Source: Pseudomonadota bacterium
GTDB lineage: Bacteria; Pseudomonadota; Alphaproteobacteria; Rhizobiales; Beijerinckiaceae
Assembly (NCBI GenBank): GCA_040756295.1
Contig: JBFLZN010000002.1
Location: 640,102-704,101 of the forward strand
DNA length: 64,000 nucleotides
Reading direction: 5' to 3'
Positions 57,242-64,000 of this stretch are shown here, piece after piece (position 1 is the stretch's first letter; every line of letters starts with the position of its first letter). The position numbers were made by a program, and so were the translations under genes. Below the pieces are notes generated by a model. It saw only the letters and a program-made list of their open reading frames with translations, searched no databases and was not told where the DNA came from.

Positions 57242-57440
57242 GAAAAGCCCAGAAGAAACAGAGCGAAGCAATGTGCCGACTTTGCGCCAAAAGGCGCCGC
57301 GGCGCCAGCCCCATCTCGGCCCGCGCAAGGGCCCCATCACCCTTGCCGCTACCACTTTATTCATTTCTTTCCGGCATATTTTTCAAAGCGATGCAGGTGC
57401 CGCGGCGGAGACAGCGGCGCACGATTTCAATGGTGATTCC

Positions 57441-57905
57441 ATGGACGAGACGCAGACTGACAAAATGCAAAGGCGCGAACTGATCGCCTTCCGTATCGGC
57501 GCGCAGGAATTCTGCGTGGACATCATGTCGGTCCGCGAAATCCGCGGCTTCACGCCGGCCACGGCGCTGCCGCGGGCGCCGAGCTTCGTGCGCGGCGTCA
57601 TCAACCTGCGCGGCGCGGTGCTGCCGATTGTCGATCTCGCGGCACGGCTGGGCTTTCCGGCGACCGATCCGACGGTGCGTCATGTCATCATGGTCGTGCA
57701 GGTCGATCGCCAGGTCGTCGGCCTTCTCGTCGATGCGGTGCTCGACATCCTGACGGTCGCCGATTCGGATATCCAGCCGACGCCCGATGTCGCCTCCGAG
57801 ATGGCCAAATTGTTCACCCGCGGCGTCTTGGCGATCGACGGGCGGATGATCAGCTGGATCGCGCTCGAACACGTCCTGCCGGCCCAGACGAGCGAAGCGG
57901 CCTGA
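57441..57905 (+). CDS. cheW: Chemotaxis adaptor CheW
   Basis: LIAFRIG.QEFCVDIM.VREIRG, GVINLRG.VLPIVDL..RLG, VGLLVDAV.DIL. Confidence 0.93.
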   Translation: MDETQTDKMQRRELIAFRIGAQEFCVDIMSVREIRGFTPATALPRAPSFVRGVINLRGAVLPIVDLAARLGFPATDPTVRHVIMVVQVDRQVVGLLVDAVLDILTVADSDIQPTPDVASEMAKLFTRGVLAIDGRMISWIALEHVLPAQTSEAA

Positions 57906-57910
57906 TCGCG

Positions 57911-57949
57911 GTTCGTTTGCCCAAGGTTCGTTTGCCCAGTTCGTTTGCC
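57911..57949 (+). repeat. Three direct repeats of GTTCGTTTGCC
   Basis: Copies at 57911, 57926 and 57939, just after cheW stop. Confidence 0.85.
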
Positions 57950-58057
57950 TTTGAGCCGCGGCTGCGCCATATGGCCGGTCGACTCCCCTAAGATTGGGGC
58001 GGGACTTTAGGCGAAAACCTCTATTCGCTTTCGCATCCCGCTCTGGCGAGGCAGGCG

Positions 58058-59869
58058 ATGAACCTTGCCGCTTCGGCGCAAAGTGAGACATCAGGCGAAA
58101 AATCCGGCCCCATTGGTCCGATCGCGCGCTGGCGCGGCCTGGTGCGGCGAAGCGAGCCGGCGCTCATCATCCTGGCGATCGTGGTCGGTGCAATGGCCGC
58201 GTGCCTTGTGGCGCTCACCTCCGATGCCGTCCAGGTCATCCATCAGATTTGTTTCGGCGTGCCGGCCAATGTGCGCCTCAGCGGCGCGGGCGAATTGAGC
58301 TCGCCTTTTATGGCCTTCGTGCCGGCCTTGGGCGGCGCGATTCTGGGCCTGAGCGGTATTTTCATCAAGCGTTGGCGGCCGCGCCGGCCGGTCGATCCGA
58401 TCGAGGCCAACGCCTTGCACGGCGGCCGCATGTCGCTGATCGACAGCCTTCTCATCACCGCGCAGACCATCGTTTCCTCGGGCTTTGGCGCCTCGGTCGG
58501 GCTTGAGGCAGGCTATACGCAGATCGGTGCGGGCTTCGGGTCGATTTGCGGCAGGCTGTTTCGCATGCGTCGCAGCGACATGCGCACGCTCGTCGGCTGC
58601 GGCGCGGCCGGGGCCATTGCCGCGGCGTTTCAGGCGCCGCTGACAGGCGCCTTCTACGGGTTCGAGCTCATCATCGGCACGTACACGTCGTTCGGTTTGG
58701 CGCCGGTCATTGCCGCCGCGATCAGTGCCGTCCTGACGTCGCGTGCGCTGGGGATCGACGCCAATTTCGTCGGCCATTTCGTGCCGGCGGCGCCGATTTC
58801 GGCGGTCGATTTCGGCGCCTTCGTCGTGCTGGCTTTGGTCTGTGCCGCGATTGGCATCGGCGTCATGCGCGGCGTCACCTTCATCGAAAGCCTGTTCAAG
58901 CGCAGCCATTTGCCGGCGGCGCTGCAGCCGATCATCGGCGGCCTTTTGGTCGGCGGCCTGGCTCTGATCACGCCGCATGTTCTGGCGTCGGGCCATGGCG
59001 CCTTGCGCACGCTTTTTCATAACGCGGGGCCAGGGCTGACGATGCTGCTTGTCATCGTCACGGTGAAATCGCTCGCCTCCGCCATTTCGATCGGCTCCGG
59101 CTTTCGCGGCGGCCTGTTCTTCGCCTCGCTCTATATCGGCGGGTTGACGGGCAAGATCGCCAGCATTGTGCTGCCGCTGCTTCTGCCGGGCCTGGCGCCG
59201 GATGCCGCCACTTATACTGTCGTCGGCATGGCCGCGGTTGCCGTCGCCGTCGTTGGCGCGCCGCTGACGATGAGCTTTCTCGCGCTCGAAACGACGGGCG
59301 ATTTCCCGCTGTCGCTCGTCATCTTGATGGTTGCGGCGCTCGTCTCGGTCGTCGTGCGCCGGTCGTTCGGTTATTCCTTCGCAACGTGGCGGCTGCATCT
59401 GCGCGGCGAATCGATCCGCAGCGCGCAAGATATCGGCTGGATGCGCGCCTTGACGGTTGGCCGCATGATGCGCGGCGATCTCGCGGTCACCTCCGCCGAC
59501 CAGAGCCTCAGCGACTTCAAAACCCAGTTTCCGCTCGGCGCGACGAATTGGGTCGCCGCCGTCGATGCCGGCGGGCGCTATCTCGGCCTCATCTCCGTGA
59601 TCGACGCACATCTCGCCGCGGCCGAGACCCATCCGCCGCAGCTCGCGGGACTCATGCGCGAGCCCGAGACGCTCTTGCGGCCGGACTTGAACATCAAGGA
59701 AGCGGCCGACATTTTCGACCGCACGCAAAGCGAGGCGCTGGCCGTGGTGGATGCGGGCCGCAGACCGATCGGCCTCCTGACCGAAGCGCATGTGCTGCGC
59801 CGCTATACGGAGGAGCTCGAACGGGCGCGCCGCGACCTTTCCGGCGAGGAATGGCTCGGCGAAAACTAG
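58058..59869 (+). CDS. ClC-family chloride channel/antiporter with CBS domains
   Basis: SVGLEAG, GAAGAIAAAF.APL.G..Y.FE, GFRGGLFFASL, GAPLT; C-terminal CBS pair. Confidence 0.9.
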   Translation: MNLAASAQSETSGEKSGPIGPIARWRGLVRRSEPALIILAIVVGAMAACLVALTSDAVQVIHQICFGVPANVRLSGAGELSSPFMAFVPALGGAILGLSGIFIKRWRPRRPVDPIEANALHGGRMSLIDSLLITAQTIVSSGFGASVGLEAGYTQIGAGFGSICGRLFRMRRSDMRTLVGCGAAGAIAAAFQAPLTGAFYGFELIIGTYTSFGLAPVIAAAISAVLTSRALGIDANFVGHFVPAAPISAVDFGAFVVLALVCAAIGIGVMRGVTFIESLFKRSHLPAALQPIIGGLLVGGLALITPHVLASGHGALRTLFHNAGPGLTMLLVIVTVKSLASAISIGSGFRGGLFFASLYIGGLTGKIASIVLPLLLPGLAPDAATYTVVGMAAVAVAVVGAPLTMSFLALETTGDFPLSLVILMVAALVSVVVRRSFGYSFATWRLHLRGESIRSAQDIGWMRALTVGRMMRGDLAVTSADQSLSDFKTQFPLGATNWVAAVDAGGRYLGLISVIDAHLAAAETHPPQLAGLMREPETLLRPDLNIKEAADIFDRTQSEALAVVDAGRRPIGLLTEAHVLRRYTEELERARRDLSGEEWLGEN

Positions 59870-59970
59870 AGCATCGAACCGAAAAGTGCGAAGCGGTTTT
59901 CGGACAAATTCGATGCGACGAGAAAGGCCTAAAAGCGCCGAGCGATTCAATTTAAACGTCCGACGCTCTA
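59867..59970 (+). repeat. MITE-like palindromic repeat, copy C (104 bp)
   Basis: TAGAGCATCGAACC...CGTCCGACGCTCTA; ends supply stop codons of both flanking genes. Confidence 0.9.
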
Positions 59971-60903
59971 ATGCCGTGCTGCCAAGTAGACCGATAAGGT
60001 CACGATCGAAAGCAGGGTCGAGACGAGAATGACGCGCGATGTCGTCGCGGCATCGCGTTTGTAAAATTCTGCCAGCATGAACGAGCCGGTGCCGGTCGGC
60101 AGCGCCGCGATGAGGGTCGCGACCTGCGCCTGGAACGCCGGCAAATGGAAAACGAAAACTGCCAACAGCCAGGTGAGCAAAGGCTGCAGCAGGAGTTTGA
60201 TCCCGACAAGCGCGGCTGTGACGCTGGTGCGGCTTTCGCCCTGCGTGCGGCCTTCCGCCAAAAACAAGCCTAAGGCGACGAGCGCGCAGGGCGGCGCCGA
60301 CTGGCCGAGTAATTTGACGAAGGATTCGACCGGCAGCGGCAGGCTGAAGCCGGCGAGGCGCACGATCGCGGCAAGCGCCGGCGCAACGAGAAGCGGATTG
60401 CGCGCCAGCGTGCCTGCGACCCGCAACACGAGCTTGAGGCGGTCTTTTTCCTTTTGCAGGCCGATTTCGATCAGGACGATCGCCAGGGCGAAAACGAGAC
60501 AGACGGTCAGGATCGTCGCGATCAGCACCGGCGCCAGCGAATCGTTGCCGAAGGCCGCGAGCGCCAGCGGAAAGCCCATATAGCCGGTGTTGGCATAGGC
60601 GCCGTTCAGCCCGTCAATGGCGGCGTCGGCGAGAGAGCTTTGCTGGCAGAGGCGAACGGCGACCGTCAGCGCGAAGCAGACGAAGGCGGCAAGCCCGAAG
60701 GCGGCGATGAAACCCGGCTGCCAGATCTCATGCCCACCGGCATGCGCGATCACGTCGAAAAGCAGCGCCGGCAAGGCCAGATAGACGACGTAGCGGTTGA
60801 TCTCTCCGGTCGCGGTCGGCCCAAGGAGATCGAGACGGCGCACCAGCCAGCCCGCGAAGATCACCGCGAAAATCGGCAGGACGACCGAAAGGGTCGAAAT
60901 CAT
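59968..60903 (-). CDS. AEC (auxin efflux carrier) family transporter
   Basis: V.YLALPALLF, NTGYMGFPL, NPLL, KLLLQP, ALPTG. Confidence 0.9.
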   Translation of the reverse strand: MISTLSVVLPIFAVIFAGWLVRRLDLLGPTATGEINRYVVYLALPALLFDVIAHAGGHEIWQPGFIAAFGLAAFVCFALTVAVRLCQQSSLADAAIDGLNGAYANTGYMGFPLALAAFGNDSLAPVLIATILTVCLVFALAIVLIEIGLQKEKDRLKLVLRVAGTLARNPLLVAPALAAIVRLAGFSLPLPVESFVKLLGQSAPPCALVALGLFLAEGRTQGESRTSVTAALVGIKLLLQPLLTWLLAVFVFHLPAFQAQVATLIAALPTGTGSFMLAEFYKRDAATTSRVILVSTLLSIVTLSVYLAARH

Positions 60904-61057
60904 GAATAAGCTTTACCCTGGGGCGGCAGGGCGTCCGCGCCCCATCCAATGATGCTGTCCCTTCTCGAACCAGAAGCGGCGCGAAAGATCAAATGACGGC
61001 AACGTCAAATGCGCGTCACACGGTGCCGGTGTTAAATTCGGCCAGGAATTCGGGGAG

Positions 61058-62602
61058 ATGATTATGAAGGCAATCAGCGCGGTGAGCTTGGCGGGCGCAA
61101 TGATCGGCGTTCTGGCGCAGGCGGCTATACCGGCGCGCGCCGCCGACGGTCTCGATAAGATCGAGACGATCGTCGTCCTCTATGCCGAGAACCGCAGCTT
61201 CGATGCGCTCTACGGCGATTTTCCCGGTGCCAATGGCCTTGCCCATCTTGCCCCGGCGCAGTTCGAGCAGCGCGACCGCGACGGCAAGCTGCTTGCGACC
61301 TTGCCGCCGATCTGGGGCGGCCTGACCGGCAAGCATGTGACGCCGCCGATCCCGCAGGAAAAGACGAAGGGCTTGCCCAACGCGCCTTTCGCCATCGACG
61401 ATCCGAAGGGCTTCAATCTACCGCTCGGCGTCAAGACGCGCGATCTCGTGCATCGCTTCTATCAGAATCAAATGCAGATCGACGGCGGCAAGAACGATCT
61501 CTTTGCCGCCTATAGCGATGCGGGCGGCCTCGTCATGGGCCATTATGACGGGTCGAAACTGCCACTGTGGCAGATCGCCAAGACATATGTGCTGGCCGAC
61601 AATTTCTTCATGGGCGCGTTCGGCGGCTCGTTCCTCAACCATTTCGAGCTGATCTGTGCCTGCGCGCCGGTCTATCCGCATGCCGCCCAGAGCCTCGCCA
61701 GGGACCAGATCTCGGCCGTCACGGCCGATGGCGTCGCCTTGAAGACCGTACCCGGCTCACCGGCTTCGGCTCTGTGCGGAATTCCGAATTTCGTCAACGA
61801 CGGGGCGCTGACGCCGGATTTCTACGCCGTCAACACCATGCAGCCGCCATACCAGCCGAGCGCCAATGCGCCGGAGCCGGGCGGCGATCCGGCACTGGCC
61901 GACGGGCATGCCGCGACGACCTTGCCGCCGCAGACCGAGGCCACGATCGGCGATCTGCTCGACGACAAGAAAATCGGCTGGGCCTGGTATGGGGGCGGCT
62001 GGGGCGCGGCGCTGGCGGCCAAAGACCCGAAGACGGTGAAGGCGCTCATCTTCCATCATCAGCCGTTCAACTATTTCAAATTCCTCGCGCCGGGCACGCC
62101 AGCGCGCACCGAACATCTGCGCGATGCGGGCCTTGCCGGTGAGCTCCTCATCAAAGATATCGATGCCGGCGCGCTGCCGCCGGTGACCTTCTACAAGCCG
62201 CCCGGCAATCTCGACGAACATCCGGGCTATGCCGATGTGCTCGCGGGCGACAAGCATCTCTTCGATCTCGTCGGGCATTTGGAGAAAAGCCCGCAATGGC
62301 CGCATATGGTCGTGATCATCACTTACGATGAGAACGGCGGCTTCTGGGACCATGCCGCGCCGCCGAAGGGCGACCGTTTCGGCCCTGGCACGCGGGTGCC
62401 AACGCTGATCATCTCGCCTTTTGCCAAACGCGGCACCGTCGATCACACGCTCTATGATACGACCTCGATCCTGCGGCTGATCACGCGGCGTTTCCAATTG
62501 CCGGAATTGGCGGGATTGAAGACGCGCGACGATGCCATGGCCAAAGCGGGCGAGCCCAAGCTCGGCGATCTGACCGGCGCGCTCGATCTGTCGGGGAAAT
62601 AG
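61058..62602 (+). CDS. acpA: Exported acid phosphatase / phosphoesterase (AcpA-like)
   Basis: Signal peptide; VVLYAENRSFD, DL.HRFYQ.QMQI, GGSFLNH, TYDENGGFWDH, GPG.RVP.LIISP, YDTTSILR. Confidence 0.88.
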   Translation: MIMKAISAVSLAGAMIGVLAQAAIPARAADGLDKIETIVVLYAENRSFDALYGDFPGANGLAHLAPAQFEQRDRDGKLLATLPPIWGGLTGKHVTPPIPQEKTKGLPNAPFAIDDPKGFNLPLGVKTRDLVHRFYQNQMQIDGGKNDLFAAYSDAGGLVMGHYDGSKLPLWQIAKTYVLADNFFMGAFGGSFLNHFELICACAPVYPHAAQSLARDQISAVTADGVALKTVPGSPASALCGIPNFVNDGALTPDFYAVNTMQPPYQPSANAPEPGGDPALADGHAATTLPPQTEATIGDLLDDKKIGWAWYGGGWGAALAAKDPKTVKALIFHHQPFNYFKFLAPGTPARTEHLRDAGLAGELLIKDIDAGALPPVTFYKPPGNLDEHPGYADVLAGDKHLFDLVGHLEKSPQWPHMVVIITYDENGGFWDHAAPPKGDRFGPGTRVPTLIISPFAKRGTVDHTLYDTTSILRLITRRFQLPELAGLKTRDDAMAKAGEPKLGDLTGALDLSGK

Positions 62603-62638
62603 GCGAGGCCGTTGGCCTCGGGCGATAAAACTGGAGGT

Positions 62639-62743
62639 TAGGGCGTCGGACGTTCAAATTGAATCGCTCGGCGCTTTTTTAGTCTTTCTCATCGCATCGG
62701 ATTGGTCCGAAAACCGCTTCGCACTTTTCGGTCCGATGCTCTG
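62639..62743 (-). repeat. MITE-like palindromic repeat, copy D (105 bp, reversed, slightly decayed ends)
   Basis: Reverse complement of copy A with TAGGGC/GCTCTG end variants and one extra T. Confidence 0.88.
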
Positions 62744-62746
62744 TGT

Positions 62747-63796
62747 TCAGGCCGGTTCGGCGAGATTGGCGAGCTTGATCGGCGCACTCTGGTTCTGCGC
62801 CACCCTGATATTGTCGAAGAACTGGCGGGCGCTTTCCTTCCAGGTGAACTTGGCCGCGTATTTCCGGCAATGCTCGCGCGAAATGTCGAGCGCCCGTAGG
62901 GCGGCCTCGCGCAGGTCGTGGCTCAGGACACCGGTGCCGGAATCACCGATCACATCGAGCGGGCCGGTGACCGGAAAGGCCGCGACCGGGACACCCGAGG
63001 CCAAAGCTTCGAGCAGGACGATGCCGAACGTGTCGGTGCGGCTCGGGAAGACGAAGACATCGGCCGAGGAATAGACCTGCGCCAAGGCCTCGCCGCTGCG
63101 CGCGCCGAGGAAATGCGCCTCAGGATAGGCGGCGGCAAGCCGCGCCTGCAGCGGCCCGTCGCCGACGATGACCTTCGAGCCCGGCAGATCGAGCTTCAGG
63201 AACGCCTCGATATTCTTCTCGACCGCAACCCGGCCGACGAAGAGAAAGATCGGGCCTGGCAGGCCGGCCAGCGCATTCTCCGGCCGCGGCCGGAACAAGG
63301 TGCCATCGACGCCGCGCGACCAGCGCATCAGGTTGCGAAAACCGTGCCCGGCCAGGATGTTTTCGAGGCTCGGGGAGCTGACCATCGTGCCGGCGGCGGC
63401 GCTGTGGAACCGGCGCAAGGCGGCATAGCTCACCCGCATCGGTATAGGCAGCCGCGCGGCGACATATTCCGGAAAGCGGGTGTGATAGCTCGTCGTGAAC
63501 GTGCGCCGGCCGTGCAGGCAGGCGCGCCGTGTGGCGAGGCCGATCGGCCCCTCCGTCGCGATATGGATGAAGTCCGGGTTGAAATCGGCGATGAAGCCCG
63601 CAACCTTGCGCGGATTGGCCAGCGCCAGACGAATCTCGTGATAGCCGGGCAGGGGCAGGGTCCAGAAATCCGTCGGGGTCAAAAACCGGACATTGACACC
63701 GAAGCCCGCCGCATGGGCGGCGATATTTTCGAGAGAACGGACCACGCCATTGATCTGCGGCCCCCAGGCATCGGTGGCAATCAGGAGCTTGGTCAC
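62747..63796 (-). CDS. Glycosyltransferase family 4 (lipid glycosyltransferase-like)
   Basis: TDAW.PQINGVVR, HIATEGPIG, SYHTRFPEY, VGRVAVEKN, FPSRTDTFG.VLLEALASG. Confidence 0.92.
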   Translation of the reverse strand: MTKLLIATDAWGPQINGVVRSLENIAAHAAGFGVNVRFLTPTDFWTLPLPGYHEIRLALANPRKVAGFIADFNPDFIHIATEGPIGLATRRACLHGRRTFTTSYHTRFPEYVAARLPIPMRVSYAALRRFHSAAAGTMVSSPSLENILAGHGFRNLMRWSRGVDGTLFRPRPENALAGLPGPIFLFVGRVAVEKNIEAFLKLDLPGSKVIVGDGPLQARLAAAYPEAHFLGARSGEALAQVYSSADVFVFPSRTDTFGIVLLEALASGVPVAAFPVTGPLDVIGDSGTGVLSHDLREAALRALDISREHCRKYAAKFTWKESARQFFDNIRVAQNQSAPIKLANLAEPA

Positions 63797-64000
63797 GCCG
63801 CGGACGCCTCGATTTCAGGCTGTTGCTGCGCGGCGGCGAGAGCCTCTTTGGCTTCGCGCACTTTGTCGGCCCAGTGGATGATCTCAAACCGGCCGTCGAA
63901 ATGCTCGACCAGGGCGGTGCAACTCTCGACCCAATCGCCGGTGTTCATATAGCGCACGCCAAAGTCGTCGTGGATGACAGCATGGTGAATATGGCCGCAA
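63793..64000 (-). CDS. Metallophosphoesterase (LpxH-like UDP-2,3-diacylglucosamine diphosphatase family), 3' end only
   Basis: Manual translation CGHIHH...YMNTGDWVESCTALVEH.DG.FEII.W; stop overlaps GT start. Confidence 0.8.
   Translation of the reverse strand, partial: CGHIHHAVIHDDFGVRYMNTGDWVESCTALVEHFDGRFEIIHWADKVREAKEALAAAQQQPEIEASAA

Noticed and set aside
57906-58057. Fluoride riboswitch or LexA box upstream of the ClC gene
   Set aside because: No crcB-motif consensus recognised; the GTTC units are spaced N11 and N9, not N7
48248-62743. Repeats as a CRISPR array or as protein-coding ORFs (EHRTEKCEAVFG...)
   Set aside because: Copies are dispersed and inverted, with no spacers or cas genes; the short ORFs simply read through the repeat

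Overview
High-GC alphaproteobacterial chromosome segment. It is probably Rhizobiales/Beijerinckiaceae-like, inferred from gene content and a Rhizobiales-type palindromic repeat. Layout: (1) 1-10.4 kb redox/envelope genes (MFS, YdeP/FdhF, DoxX, LLM monooxygenase, yceI-cyt b561-yceI with LysR, DsbA, flavin amine oxidase, DUF4239-like) plus a flavin-reductase relic. (2) 10.6-23.7 kb, the most notable region: a cluster of innate-immunity-like signalling genes comprising a TIR-TM-FGE(C-lectin-fold) receptor-like protein, an exported caspase-Sel1 protease, two exported unknowns, a SLOG-2xSLATT membrane protein translationally coupled to a TPR-like Ser/Thr kinase, and an FHA-TM-trypsin protease. (3) 26.7-39.9 kb Wzx/Wzy exopolysaccharide cluster containing a Tat-exported tailspike-like beta-helix protein. 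(4) 40-64 kb mostly housekeeping (tyrC-hisC-chorismate mutase, metX-metW, ppa, phnN, cheW, ClC, acpA), with four ~104-bp MITE-like repeats, all between convergent genes, and a candidate LexA box. No integrase, transposase, rRNA, tRNA or CRISPR array was recognised. All domain calls come from motif reading by eye, not from database searches.
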